Virus record (IMG/VR): IMGVR_UViG_3300017909_001805
Coordinates: 1-26,910 of that record
Source of the DNA: a virus
Lineage: Duplodnaviria; Caudoviricetes
DNA length: 26,910 nucleotides
Reading direction: 5' to 3' (one strand)
Shown here: positions 1-9,048 of the stretch, piece by piece
Numbering within the stretch: the stretch's first letter is position 1
Layout of the letters: every line of letters begins with the position of its first letter
Notes under the pieces: generated by a model
Database searches by the model: none
What the model saw: only the letters and a program-made list of their open reading frames with translations
What the model was told of the DNA's origin: nothing
Made by a program: the position numbers and the translations under genes

Positions 1-327
1 TAAAGCCTGTACCTCTACGATGTCCTCGATCAGACGTGAGCATTCAAAATGACGGTTAATAGTAACTGTCAGCTCTGACTCTGTGTTGGCAATGATCGTT
101 ACCGCAGTGTCAGCCGCCTTAGCGTTGGCATCACCACGAGTAGGCTTAGGGATATGAATAACGTCACCCTTCTTGCCATTCATAGCGATACGCTTGACAA
201 GGGGTGCCATCTTCAAGTTCTTTTGATAAGAAGCGATGATCTCATCTGACCAGATTTCTGGTACAAATGTTGCCGCTTCTGTAAGTGCGGTATTACCCGC
301 CGCGCCGGGATAGGTTGCTGTAGCCAT
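1..327 (-). CDS. Major capsid protein, N-terminal part (runs off the window)
   Basis: ATG at 327 with AAGGAG RBS. Translates MATATYPGAAGNTALTEAATFVPEIWSDEIIASYQKNLKMAPLV...GDVIHIPK. The FxPEIWS and GDxIxIP motifs are typical of HK97-fold coat proteins, and the gene directly follows the scaffold. Not in the ORF track because it has no stop in the window. Confidence 0.9.
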   Translation of the reverse strand, partial: MATATYPGAAGNTALTEAATFVPEIWSDEIIASYQKNLKMAPLVKRIAMNGKKGDVIHIPKPTRGDANAKAADTAVTIIANTESELTVTINRHFECSRLIEDIVEVQAL

Positions 328-345
328 GAGAAATCTCCTTTAGGG

Positions 346-1143
346 CTATCTAACGCGACCCTCGGCGTAGGCTTTCAGCAGTTCATCCGAAAGACTTTGA
401 TAACGCTCTGGGTCATCTCGCATAAGTTTTACAATGTCAGCGCGACGATAGACCTTCTTCCTTGTCCCCTCTGTGGAACCGCGAGCGTTACCAGTGTTTG
501 CAGACTTCACAGTATTCTTACGAGCCGCCAGTTCTGCGTTAGCAGTCTGTTGGACAACCTGATTACGTTCTTTGTAAAGCGTAAAAAGTTCATCCGCGGC
601 GTCATAGTCATACCGTTGATCGGCATCCACAAATAACTTTGTCCTAACCTTTGACCCCTTAATCCACTCGGCAAACTTAGGGTCTTGCAATATTGTTTCC
701 ATCTCTGGGTGTTTGGACTTCAACTGTGCAAGAGTGGCCTGTTGCTTTGCCTGTTGAGTGTAAGCCTCCGCTTCCTTGATCTTGGGGTGGTTAGCAATAC
801 GGCTATCCACAGCTTTTTGAGGATCAACGAAGAAATCAACATCTTCGCTATCGTCTACTTGCTGTTGCTCAGGTGCTTCTTTAGCCGAGAGTTCTGTCTG
901 GATGTAGCTGTCAACCACTTGGCGCAATTCGCCGACTTCGTTTCGCTGTTTGCCTGAAAACTTTTCAAGTTCTTGGTGCATCTGTATCAGTTCTTCAACA
1001 GATTTACCTTTGTACTTTTCTGGTACTTCAGACTCTTGAGGTTGTTCCTCTACAGGTGCCTCAACAGCTTCAACGACCGGCTCTTCCGGTAGTGTGGTGT
1101 CCATCTCATCTGGACGCTCATCAATAATTGTCGCTCTTGACAT
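346..1143 (-). CDS. Capsid scaffolding protein
   Basis: Acidic N-terminus, PEKYKGKS motif, coiled coil, C-terminal YAEGRVR; immediately upstream of the capsid gene. Confidence 0.85.
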   Translation of the reverse strand: MSRATIIDERPDEMDTTLPEEPVVEAVEAPVEEQPQESEVPEKYKGKSVEELIQMHQELEKFSGKQRNEVGELRQVVDSYIQTELSAKEAPEQQQVDDSEDVDFFVDPQKAVDSRIANHPKIKEAEAYTQQAKQQATLAQLKSKHPEMETILQDPKFAEWIKGSKVRTKLFVDADQRYDYDAADELFTLYKERNQVVQQTANAELAARKNTVKSANTGNARGSTEGTRKKVYRRADIVKLMRDDPERYQSLSDELLKAYAEGRVR

Positions 1144-1184
1144 TACTTAACTTAGCCCCGCCTTATCAAAGGTTGTGGAGATAT

Positions 1185-1427
1185 TTAAAGTTCACCCGCC
1201 TCTCGACGAGCTTCCCTTCCTCTTCGTCCCGCTTCCTCGTGTTCGCGTACCCACTTCATGTGGCGTCCGGGGAAATCCCCAGTAGATCCATCTAACACGA
1301 ACGGAGTCGCCGAAACGACCTTCGTAGCTACAGCGCCGCAACCGCACCTATGGGTTGTGGTTGTGCTGTCTACAAATTCTTCAAACAAATGACCGTTTTC
1401 GCACCTAAAGTCAAAAACCCTAATCAT
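1185..1427 (-). CDS. Small zinc-ribbon protein (FmdB-like)
   Basis: FDFRCENGHLFE...HRCGCG metal-binding pattern; overlaps the stop of the upstream gene. Confidence 0.7.
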   Translation of the reverse strand: MIRVFDFRCENGHLFEEFVDSTTTTHRCGCGAVATKVVSATPFVLDGSTGDFPGRHMKWVREHEEAGRRGREARREAGEL

Positions 1428-1659
1428 CTGTTCCTACCAAATCGTCATAACTGTTGTTTATTGAATCTTCAAACTGCAACAGATATACCAATACTTCTAG
1501 CTGGCCCTGCCTAAAAAACAGGTCTTCAGCATCTTTTACCACCGCAACATTATTAATAGCCGCCGCGTTCTGTGTCAACTCTTCAGTTAATTGTTTCCAA
1601 CCATCACTTCTAAATAAATCAAAGTAATCGTTGTAATACTTTTCATCTTCACGAGTCAT
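1420..1659 (-). CDS. Hypothetical head-module protein
   Basis: 79 aa acidic helical protein; TGATG coupling to the upstream gene. Confidence 0.75.
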   Translation of the reverse strand: MTREDEKYYNDYFDLFRSDGWKQLTEELTQNAAAINNVAVVKDAEDLFFRQGQLEVLVYLLQFEDSINNSYDDLVGTDD

Positions 1660-1907
1660 CAGGCTTTCTTTTTCCTTCTTCTGCCAGATGCAGTAACCGC
1701 ATACTTAATAGCTTTTGGCCCTTTCTTCTTGCGTTTTGCGGCATCTTTCTCTGCTTTAGTCATCTTGGCAGCTACAGCTTTGGGCCTACAGGCAGGATAT
1801 GGACGCTTAGATCCCTTGGCTTTCTTACGGCCACACTTCTTGCCGGTTTTAATATCTACCCAATCTTCTTTAAACCATTTAGTTAAGCCGCCTTTGGTCT
1901 TAGCCAT
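1659..1907 (-). CDS. Small basic protein (MAKTKGGLTKWFKEDWVDIKTG...)
   Basis: Start moved to ATG 1907, which overlaps the end of the upstream gene; the track start at 1976 lies deep inside that gene. Very Lys-rich. Confidence 0.75.
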   Translation of the reverse strand: MAKTKGGLTKWFKEDWVDIKTGKKCGRKKAKGSKRPYPACRPKAVAAKMTKAEKDAAKRKKKGPKAIKYAVTASGRRRKKKA

Positions 1908-2091
1908 AAGTACCGCCACGCTTCTTGTATTCCCGCACCAGCCACGCATTAGCGTAAGCACTAGGATATACGTCAAATTTACGCTTAGCCGCAGCTTTAA
2001 CCCTAGAGTAAAGAGCCTTGTTCTTTACATTATCGGGTATAGAGCCTTTCTTCTTGGCCTTTGCTTTTGGCTTACTTTTTCTTGCCGCCAC
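1900..2091 (-). CDS. Small basic protein (YPSAYANAWLVREYKKRGG motif)
   Basis: GTG start with upstream GAGG; Lys-rich; tightly packed in the operon. Confidence 0.75.
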   Translation of the reverse strand: MAARKSKPKAKAKKKGSIPDNVKNKALYSRVKAAAKRKFDVYPSAYANAWLVREYKKRGGTYG

Positions 2092-2191
2092 GTTTTCTCA
2101 GCCTCTTCAAATCAGCACCAGTAATCTTGTCCCTTGGCGGGGCAACCCTAGCCAGCTTCTTTTGCTTGGCAGAATACTTAGCTTTAGGCAT
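2072..2191 (-). CDS. 39-aa basic peptide MPKAKYSAKQKKLARVAPPRDKITGADLKRLRKRGGKKK
   Basis: Translated by hand; TAATG stop-start overlap with the upstream ORF; below the track cutoff. Confidence 0.65.
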   Translation of the reverse strand: MPKAKYSAKQKKLARVAPPRDKITGADLKRLRKRGGKKK

Positions 2192-2271
2192 TACTTCTTC
2201 GCCTTTTTCTTGGCTTTTTTCTTCTTCTTTTTAGCTGGCTTAGACTTGTACGCACCCATTCCATAACCCAT
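2191..2271 (-). CDS. 26-aa basic peptide MGYGMGAYKSKPAKKKKKKAKKKAKK
   Basis: Translated by hand; GGAGG RBS upstream; fills the gap between its neighbours. Confidence 0.6.
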   Translation of the reverse strand: MGYGMGAYKSKPAKKKKKKAKKKAKK

Positions 2272-2280
2272 AGCAGCCTC

Positions 2281-2430
2281 CTATTTGGCCTTGTGGACTT
2301 TCTGAACCTTAAAATCTGCTGATTGAGAAGCGCCTTTGTGCGGCTTGTAGCCCCCAGGTGGATTCTTCATCAGCTTGTATTCTTTGCCATCTTTCATCCA
2401 ATGATAGCCTTTTGGCGCTTTAACCTTCAT
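2281..2430 (-). CDS. 49-aa basic protein MKVKAPKGYHWMKDGKEYKLMK...
   Basis: Translated by hand; starts 4 nt after the upstream stop. Confidence 0.65.
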   Translation of the reverse strand: MKVKAPKGYHWMKDGKEYKLMKNPPGGYKPHKGASQSADFKVQKVHKAK

Positions 2431-2434
2431 ACCA

Positions 2435-2701
2435 TCACCACTTTTTGCACGACCAGTATCGTGCTGTCAGTTTACTAGGTGGATTTGTATCACACTTATG
2501 CCTAGCCCGAAATGACTTACGCCTAGCCGGTTGGCTCTTTTTGATCTTCATTTTGGCATCACCAAACCTAATGGTCTTGGTCTTGTCCCCCACCTTCGCT
2601 ACCACCACGAACTTCTTGGTCGGATGGTTCGGGGTTCGCTTCGGCTTGTTGTACCCGCTTACGCCCGCGCGTACCAGTTTTGGATCTTTTTTCGTAGCCA
2701 T
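2435..2701 (-). CDS. Small basic protein (IRFGD...RRKSFRARHKCD...ARYWSC motif)
   Basis: Motif pattern recognised from small viral proteins of unknown function; 88 aa, highly basic. Confidence 0.8.
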   Translation of the reverse strand: MATKKDPKLVRAGVSGYNKPKRTPNHPTKKFVVVAKVGDKTKTIRFGDAKMKIKKSQPARRKSFRARHKCDTNPPSKLTARYWSCKKW

Positions 2702-2822
2702 TAAGCCTTTCCTCTAAATGGTCTAATTGCTGCTTCAAGTCATTTAAACGGTCAGATTGTTCTTTAAAAGCGTCATTTACTTGGCTAAACAGGTTATTTA
2801 GCTCTGTTTGTGTCATCAACAT
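2568..2822 (-). CDS. Small coiled-coil protein
   Basis: Heptad Leu pattern in the first 45 aa; TAATG coupling to the upstream gene; 3' part overlaps the next gene. Confidence 0.65.
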   Translation of the reverse strand: MLMTQTELNNLFSQVNDAFKEQSDRLNDLKQQLDHLEERLNGYEKRSKTGTRGRKRVQQAEANPEPSDQEVRGGSEGGGQDQDH

Positions 2823-3073
2823 TAAACTTGATCCAATATAGCAGGGCGAACAGCCTTTAATTGATCTGCCGTTGTAGCATTGGTTATGCCAGCATCAGCC
2901 GTTATATCTCTCAGTTGTTGTTTTTTGGTAGCAATAGATGCCTGCTCATCTGCATTGCCAGACTCTATTGCCCTCATATACTGAACATCTAACTTTTCTA
3001 ACAAGGGCTTTCGCTCCTGCCTTAACTGTTCTTTTTTAATTTCTCGGGCTTTTGTCATATTTACAGTAATCAT
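2822..3073 (-). CDS. Putative fibre assembly chaperone
   Basis: LRQERKPLLEKLD...KQQLRDIT resembles phage tail assembly chaperones; lies downstream of the fibre gene. Confidence 0.7.
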   Translation of the reverse strand: MITVNMTKAREIKKEQLRQERKPLLEKLDVQYMRAIESGNADEQASIATKKQQLRDITADAGITNATTADQLKAVRPAILDQV

Positions 3074-3279
3074 GGCTTAGTTGCCGCTCCTGTAAAATCT
3101 ACTTCCCATGCGTCTCTAAATGTTCTATCTGTAGGAATAATAGAATCATCAGTAATAACAATATATTGCTTGCCTGAAGGCACTGACTCAAGTGCTTTAG
3201 ATTCAGTTACCCCATCAACAGGCACAACAATAGCCACAGTGCCATCATCTTGCGGATAAAGTATTTTAAAAGCACTCAT
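3070..3279 (-). CDS. Fibre-associated small protein
   Basis: IPTDRTFRDAW motif; ATGA overlap with the chaperone gene. Confidence 0.7.
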   Translation of the reverse strand: MSAFKILYPQDDGTVAIVVPVDGVTESKALESVPSGKQYIVITDDSIIPTDRTFRDAWEVDFTGAATKP

Positions 3280-3281
3280 TG

Positions 3282-4937
3282 TTAAGTTGCCACCGCCAAC
3301 ATGGTTACCTCTGTTTTATCTGTTGCGTTGCCGTTTTCAACACAAAAAAGACTTACGCTGCTTGTCCCAACACCATTTACGTTTAGACCAAAGTTAGTAT
3401 TAACAGCTACGTTATTAATTGACGCCCCAACAGCGGGTTTAGATGGCAGTGTTGTTGAAAAGTTAACCCTATAACTACCAACGCCGTTGTCTGTAATAGA
3501 TGACACATTAGAGCTTGTTCTAATAACAACACTTCCTGAAACATTGCCGTTAAAATTAACAAATGCCCTAATTGGCAATGTAACCGCAACATCAGCAGAA
3601 TTAACCGTAATTCCTGTTCCAGCGCCTACAGTTACAGTCGCATCGCCAGAAGTAGCGCCACCTGTAAGACCATTACCCGCTACAACAGATGTAATATCAC
3701 CTGATCCACCAGCAGATTGGTCAACAAAACTTAACTGACCAGAGCCATCTGTTTTTAAAACCTGATTAGCCGAGCCATCTGCTGTAGGCCAATTAAGACC
3801 ATCCAGTACGATTTTGCCGTTACCATTAGGCGTAATAGCAATGTCACCATCACTGGCGCTAACTATGCTATTCCCGTTTACATCAAGATTCCCACCCAAT
3901 TGTGGGCTGGTATCTTCTACAACATTTGCAAGTTTTGCATCTAATGCGGCCTGAAGACCATCTACGTTAGAAATAACATGGTTGTGAGAATCATCAGCTA
4001 TCGTAACGGCAATGCTGGTTGTGCCAGAGCCTGATACATCGCCACTTAACGTAATCGTCTCATTGCCGGTAATGTATCCCTTGCCATTAATACGATCATC
4101 AATCGCTGCCGCAGTCATCAACTGTGTATCTGAATCCGCAAAGGTTTCAGAAGATAGCAACACCGCACCAGCGTCAATGTTAGAAAACGCTACGGACGTA
4201 AGATATGTCGATAAATCAGGAGGGGTGTAGGTAAATACACCAGTACTGTTGTTGTACGCTATACCACCATCACCACTAGCACTGGCTTCAGCGCCTACAG
4301 ACAAGTCAGTTAAAGCAATACCGCTAACCTGACTACCACCTGTTAAAAGACTGCCGCCACTGGCTGTTAAGGTAACTTGATCTGCACCAGAGCCAATCTT
4401 TAAAGAACTAACAATAACCCCATCACTATCTGAGGTGATTGTTGTTGATCCCAGGATAAGAGATGTACCGCTAAGGTAAAGATCCCGAAACTTTTTGCTG
4501 GATGATCCTAGATCGTAGGCTTCATTTGTATCCGGAACAATGCTTTCGCCAATCGCGGAAAAATCTACGCTACCACTGCCGCCCTGCACTGTTTGCCTGA
4601 CTAAAACAGTTTTTGAGCCACCATCTTTATCTTTAACCTGAGTAACAGGAAGATTTACAGTCTGCTCAGTTCCATCTGAAAATCTAAAGGTAAGGCTTCC
4701 ATCTATGCGGTCGCTCTTGATGTTAGAAACACCAATGCCTTTGTCGCCTTTGTCACCCTTTTCACCCCTGTCGCCCTGCTTTCCCGGCGCGCCTTTTGGC
4801 CCCGCTGGGCCTTGTGGGCCTGTATTCCCTTTCGGGCCTTTTGGCCCTTGTGGGCCTTGCTCGCCATCCTTGCCTTTAAGCGATTCAAGCTCTGTAGCAA
4901 TCTTCGTTAGCGCAGCCGAGATAACAATATCAGACAT
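3282..4937 (-). CDS. Virion fibre protein with collagen-like segment
   Basis: About 15 Gly-X-Y triplets (4740-4874); YDLGSSSKKFRDLY, PQLGGNLDVNG and GSANQVLKTDGSGQLSF fibre repeats; C-terminal RAFVNFNG...NVSSITDNGVGSYRVNF tip. Confidence 0.85.
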   Translation of the reverse strand: MSDIVISAALTKIATELESLKGKDGEQGPQGPKGPKGNTGPQGPAGPKGAPGKQGDRGEKGDKGDKGIGVSNIKSDRIDGSLTFRFSDGTEQTVNLPVTQVKDKDGGSKTVLVRQTVQGGSGSVDFSAIGESIVPDTNEAYDLGSSSKKFRDLYLSGTSLILGSTTITSDSDGVIVSSLKIGSGADQVTLTASGGSLLTGGSQVSGIALTDLSVGAEASASGDGGIAYNNSTGVFTYTPPDLSTYLTSVAFSNIDAGAVLLSSETFADSDTQLMTAAAIDDRINGKGYITGNETITLSGDVSGSGTTSIAVTIADDSHNHVISNVDGLQAALDAKLANVVEDTSPQLGGNLDVNGNSIVSASDGDIAITPNGNGKIVLDGLNWPTADGSANQVLKTDGSGQLSFVDQSAGGSGDITSVVAGNGLTGGATSGDATVTVGAGTGITVNSADVAVTLPIRAFVNFNGNVSGSVVIRTSSNVSSITDNGVGSYRVNFSTTLPSKPAVGASINNVAVNTNFGLNVNGVGTSSVSLFCVENGNATDKTEVTMLAVAT

Positions 4938-4940
4938 GAT

Positions 4941-6911
4941 TTATCCTGTTAGCTGGCTTAAAAGCTGCCTTTCAAGGTCTTCATTGGGGTTTCTTTCTGG
5001 GGCAGGGGCTGGTTGATTTTTAACCTGAAGTTCCTTTTCTTTAAGCAGCGTATTGGCAACCTTGAGCCTACGCTCGAACTCGCGGTCTTCCTCATTGCCT
5101 TCCTTTAGATTTTTCGTAACAGCTTCAATCTTTTCAATTTCAAGCTCTTCTGGGGCCAACTGAGCTTCTACTGCTAGTTTGCCTGCTCTTGCCTGAGACT
5201 CTGCGGCCTGAGCATTGAGTGCGGCGGTCTGACTTTGCTGAAGCGCAAGCTGTACTTGCTGTGCTTGCATAGCCATCTGCTGGGCTTGCGGATTAGGCTG
5301 ACCTGCCTGTTGCATCGCCGCGATCAACTCTTCACGGTTCGACAGGTTCATGTTTTCGATAATGCTTTGCATCAACACTGGATACAGCGGGCTATCCTGC
5401 TTCATCGTCTGTAAGAGCTGGACAAGCTGAGTAACCTCATATTCCCTAGCAATAATTCCAAGGGTGCTTGTCGCCGTAAACTTGTAGTCCGCTACGGGAT
5501 AGTTTTCGGGGTCAAACTGCATATAGCGGTGAGCCGCTTTGGTTACGAAAGGCAGAAGAAAAGACTGCTGGAAATTAATAAGAGTACGCTTATGGCGCTT
5601 GATAATAGCGCCGAGAGACATACTGATGCCAGCGGCTGTCGCTTCACCATTAACCTGACCTGCGATACCAGCAGAATCAACCGCCCCTGTAGCCTGTTGA
5701 ACCATCTGCTGGAGGGCCGCGGCTTGACCAAACGTAATCTGACTGACTTGCCCGAAATTGAACGGCTGAAGTACTTCACGCGGATCTCCGTTAGTTAAGA
5801 TCATCTTGCCGGGGCGTACTTCCGGTTTAGCCCCTCTAGGAAGCCGTGTAGCGTCCACAGCGAGCATTGGATGAATAGTGAGACTCAGGGCATCAATTCT
5901 TGCTCTAAGCTCTGTATCCAACGCCTTCTGGCTGTTATAGCCCTTCTCACAGACGCCACGACCCCAGAATCGCCCTGGGACTACATCCCAAGGAAACGCC
6001 ACAACAGGCCGGTCGTTCATCATATAGGGGTTGGCTTCAGCCTTGAGCAGCACACCACCGTTAGCGATCACGACGATCGCCTCGACATACATCGAGTCTT
6101 CTTCTACTTCTACGTCTTCTTTTTCCAGAAGCTCTTTGGGTACAAGGCCGTAGTATTTAGTTAGTCGAACCTTGTCATCATTATAGATAGTCAGGTCTTG
6201 GTCAGGTTCCAAGTCGGTATCTGGGGCAGCTGATTCGATCATTGCCTCACGATACACACCCTGTTCTTGCAATATCTCAACGCTATGGCGGCTGACAAAC
6301 TCATCGACCGCTACACCGTAGGCGTCCTCAACTGAGGTCGCTACGGGATCTATTAGGAAGTTCTGCGGTAATACTGGCTTGAGCTTTACAACTACACGGT
6401 CGGTAATGTTGACGCCAACAGCCTGAAGGTCACCGCCCATAATCGGTTCGGTGGCAGGGGCCATTTCCTTAATTTCTTCCAGGACTATCTCACCAACGCC
6501 CGTGCCAAATACGGCTGAGTTAATCAAACATTCCGCTACAGCCTTACGAATCTTGCAGGCTTCAAAGTCTTCAGACAGCTTGTTTCTTAAAACCAAAGCA
6601 TCTTGCTTTTGCGGATCTGCTACATCGTCCGCTATATCAAACCACTTCCCCCGTCCGAATGTGGCTTCTTCCAGTTCTGCGACATTAGACTCTACGGCCT
6701 GCTGCAAAGCTGGAGAAATAATCCTTGAGCGTTCTGATGCCCTTTGAGAATCTGAAGGATCCCACTGACCACGCCAGAGTCTGTAATACTCATCAAAACT
6801 ATCTTCATAGTTTGACTCGTAGTAATCGCGCCAATCATCACATTTGTTAATAACCCAAGCCTCAATAGACTGTTCGGCCATTAACGGGTCTGGGCTGTAG
6901 TCATCTGCCAT
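4941..6911 (-). CDS. Portal protein (P22-like, with C-terminal coiled coil)
   Basis: 656 aa directly after terL; FWGRGVCE, ETATG-like EATAAG segment and long helical tail typical of podovirus portals. Confidence 0.9.
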   Translation of the reverse strand: MADDYSPDPLMAEQSIEAWVINKCDDWRDYYESNYEDSFDEYYRLWRGQWDPSDSQRASERSRIISPALQQAVESNVAELEEATFGRGKWFDIADDVADPQKQDALVLRNKLSEDFEACKIRKAVAECLINSAVFGTGVGEIVLEEIKEMAPATEPIMGGDLQAVGVNITDRVVVKLKPVLPQNFLIDPVATSVEDAYGVAVDEFVSRHSVEILQEQGVYREAMIESAAPDTDLEPDQDLTIYNDDKVRLTKYYGLVPKELLEKEDVEVEEDSMYVEAIVVIANGGVLLKAEANPYMMNDRPVVAFPWDVVPGRFWGRGVCEKGYNSQKALDTELRARIDALSLTIHPMLAVDATRLPRGAKPEVRPGKMILTNGDPREVLQPFNFGQVSQITFGQAAALQQMVQQATGAVDSAGIAGQVNGEATAAGISMSLGAIIKRHKRTLINFQQSFLLPFVTKAAHRYMQFDPENYPVADYKFTATSTLGIIAREYEVTQLVQLLQTMKQDSPLYPVLMQSIIENMNLSNREELIAAMQQAGQPNPQAQQMAMQAQQVQLALQQSQTAALNAQAAESQARAGKLAVEAQLAPEELEIEKIEAVTKNLKEGNEEDREFERRLKVANTLLKEKELQVKNQPAPAPERNPNEDLERQLLSQLTG

Positions 6912-6912
6912 T

Positions 6913-8163
6913 TTAATATCCCGCTACCACGTCTAATATCTCGTGGTCTTCGATTTCATATTCATAGTCATAGGCTACTTCAGCCAGCTGATCTATGTAC
7001 GCCAACGCATCAATCAGGTCATCATGCGTCAAAGCATCTGGAAACTGAAACAACTGGTCAAGGAACTTAACATTCCATTCGCCTTGATTCAGGGTGATAT
7101 ATCCGTTTTCAAACCGGCCCTGTAAGGCCCACATCACCCTATCTGTCTTTTTCTTGTTTCCGTGCGTTAATTCCTCAACTCTAAAAAACGTACCATACCG
7201 CTTCATCAAGTCAGAAAGCGGCGACATTACTGCTTGTTTGGCGATTCCTTTTTCGATTCCGACACTGACGGGCCGATAGTCACGGACGGCTTGAAAAATC
7301 TTCGTAGCCGTCTCATCAAGGCCCCAGCGACCGTAGATAATGTTTTCCACAAACCAGCCATTCTCATTCACCTTTGCGACTGCAATCGCAGTATCGTCCA
7401 GTTTTGTATTCTTGGTTCGCTTTTTGTTGACATCTTCAAAGCCAGCCAGGTCAACAGCGATGTAGTAATCGCCCTCTTCAGGTTCTTCCCCGAACCTAAC
7501 CCACTCTTCTTTGAACATTTCAGAGCCTCTAGCTTCAAAAGAAGCCATAAACTCTTGTCTAAAGGCGTAACTAGACATGGATTTCTTAGCAATGTCAATT
7601 TCGCCAGAATCCAGCATGGAATTATCGTAACTCGTAAAGTGCCAAGCCTTATAGGTTTCGTCATCACCTAGCTCGGCATATTTGTACAGTTCGTAGAAAT
7701 GGTTACGGCCCATCGGGGTTCCGATAAACAACGCCTCACCCTTTTGGTCAGCAAGAGCGGGTCTAAGGATCTGCTCCCAAACATCGGGCTTCATGTCAGC
7801 GTATTCGTCCATGACAAGGTACTTCAGAGAAACACCACGCATGGTTTCGGGTCTATCAGCACCTTTTAGGCTAATCGTGGCCCCGTTGACCAGCTTAATT
7901 TGAAGATTGTTGATGTGCGAGCCAGCAATAACGGGATGGCCCAGTTCCATAAGGGTTTGCCACATGATGTCACGGGCCTGCCCCTGGGTCGGGGCGACAT
8001 AGAAGACATGGCCCTTATCGGCCTGTAATCCGTTGATAATCAATAGCCATGCGGCTAATCGGGATTTTCCGGTACGTCTACCGGCGGCGACCACCTTAAA
8101 GCGGGTAGGATCAGCAAAAACATCCTGCTGCCATGACAAAAGACTGACGTTTAGATCGGCCAT
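6913..8163 (-). CDS. terL: Terminase large subunit
   Basis: Walker A AGRRTGKS, Walker B LVMDE, coupling motif GTP, RNase H-fold acidic residues VDLA, DDTA and HDDLIDA. Confidence 0.95.
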   Translation of the reverse strand: MADLNVSLLSWQQDVFADPTRFKVVAAGRRTGKSRLAAWLLIINGLQADKGHVFYVAPTQGQARDIMWQTLMELGHPVIAGSHINNLQIKLVNGATISLKGADRPETMRGVSLKYLVMDEYADMKPDVWEQILRPALADQKGEALFIGTPMGRNHFYELYKYAELGDDETYKAWHFTSYDNSMLDSGEIDIAKKSMSSYAFRQEFMASFEARGSEMFKEEWVRFGEEPEEGDYYIAVDLAGFEDVNKKRTKNTKLDDTAIAVAKVNENGWFVENIIYGRWGLDETATKIFQAVRDYRPVSVGIEKGIAKQAVMSPLSDLMKRYGTFFRVEELTHGNKKKTDRVMWALQGRFENGYITLNQGEWNVKFLDQLFQFPDALTHDDLIDALAYIDQLAEVAYDYEYEIEDHEILDVVAGY

Positions 8164-8357
8164 TATTCTTTTTTGCCCAAAAATAAACCAAACGCACCAG
8201 TTAAGGCCCCCGTCATCACCGAAACTAGTGCGGCCTGCTCAGGATTGGGGTCAGGCAAGGACATAAACCACTCGACAGTTCTATAAGTCATGGCAATCAT
8301 TGCGAACATTAGCAATCTTGGGATTATTCGCCATGAATTTAGCTGTTCAGGGGTCAT
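8163..8357 (-). CDS. Two-TM membrane protein, holin candidate
   Basis: Two hydrophobic segments, charged C-terminus, close to the endolysin gene. Confidence 0.6.
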   Translation of the reverse strand: MTPEQLNSWRIIPRLLMFAMIAMTYRTVEWFMSLPDPNPEQAALVSVMTGALTGAFGLFLGKKE

Positions 8358-8707
8358 ACGAAGTTCACCAGTGATGGGGGCATCTCAAGTAAATCAAACG
8401 TCACCACAAATTCCATATCAGAAGACGCTTCTGTTTGAGCTTTAACCACTTCGCCTTCGTGAAGAACAAACATCGGGCCGCCACCTGAATCTAGCGTTAA
8501 TCTGCCACCGCCAGATACGTTTTCAGCATCAAATATATCGACACGGTTGCTGCCGTCAGACTCAGCAAAATGCAAAGAGGCGGTTTTTGTGCTGCCAGCA
8601 TGATTAGCGATAAAAACGTAGTAAATAATAATGTGGAAGCCGGTTGGCACGGTAAACATAGTCGTTTCCGTGGCATCCGTCAGGTTTATGTGCTTGGTAT
8701 ATAACAT
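8354..8707 (-). CDS. Hypothetical beta-rich protein, possibly structural
   Basis: Start set at ATG 8707 (TGATG overlap with the peptidase stop); alternating beta-strand pattern. Confidence 0.7.
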   Translation of the reverse strand: MLYTKHINLTDATETTMFTVPTGFHIIIYYVFIANHAGSTKTASLHFAESDGSNRVDIFDAENVSGGGRLTLDSGGGPMFVLHEGEVVKAQTEASSDMEFVVTFDLLEMPPSLVNFV

Positions 8708-9048
8708 CAGTACACCCACGATACGGGTTGAGAGTCCCGTATATCAACATGAATAAAGGTTTTTGCCACGCCAATACCCGAAAAACCCATTTCAAAGGCG
8801 TAATTAAGCAAAATAAAGCGTTCAGCGCCATTATTGACCTTAATATCCGCTGCAATCCCTTGAGTGTGAGTACCGGGTCTTTCTTTTTTGACTTCTATCG
8901 AGTGTTTAGGATCGCGGTAGCCTGACGTAATCGTAAAAGGAAAGCCACATTTGGCCCGTAATTCGTCCAAACGCTCCAGAAATAAGGGATTCATTTCGTT
9001 ATTGCCGGTTTCTTGGCAGTCAAACTCTTCAATCTTGAAGTATTTCAC
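8707..9048 (-). CDS. Peptidase M15A-type endolysin
   Basis: GTG start giving MKYFKIEEFDC; ITSGYR, HxxGxAAD and FIHVD Zn-peptidase motifs. Confidence 0.88.
   Translation of the reverse strand: MKYFKIEEFDCQETGNNEMNPLFLERLDELRAKCGFPFTITSGYRDPKHSIEVKKERPGTHTQGIAADIKVNNGAERFILLNYAFEMGFSGIGVAKTFIHVDIRDSQPVSWVY

Noticed and set aside
4705-5016. Plus-strand ORF with GP repeats
   Set aside because: Antisense shadow of the collagen-coding segment of the fibre gene.
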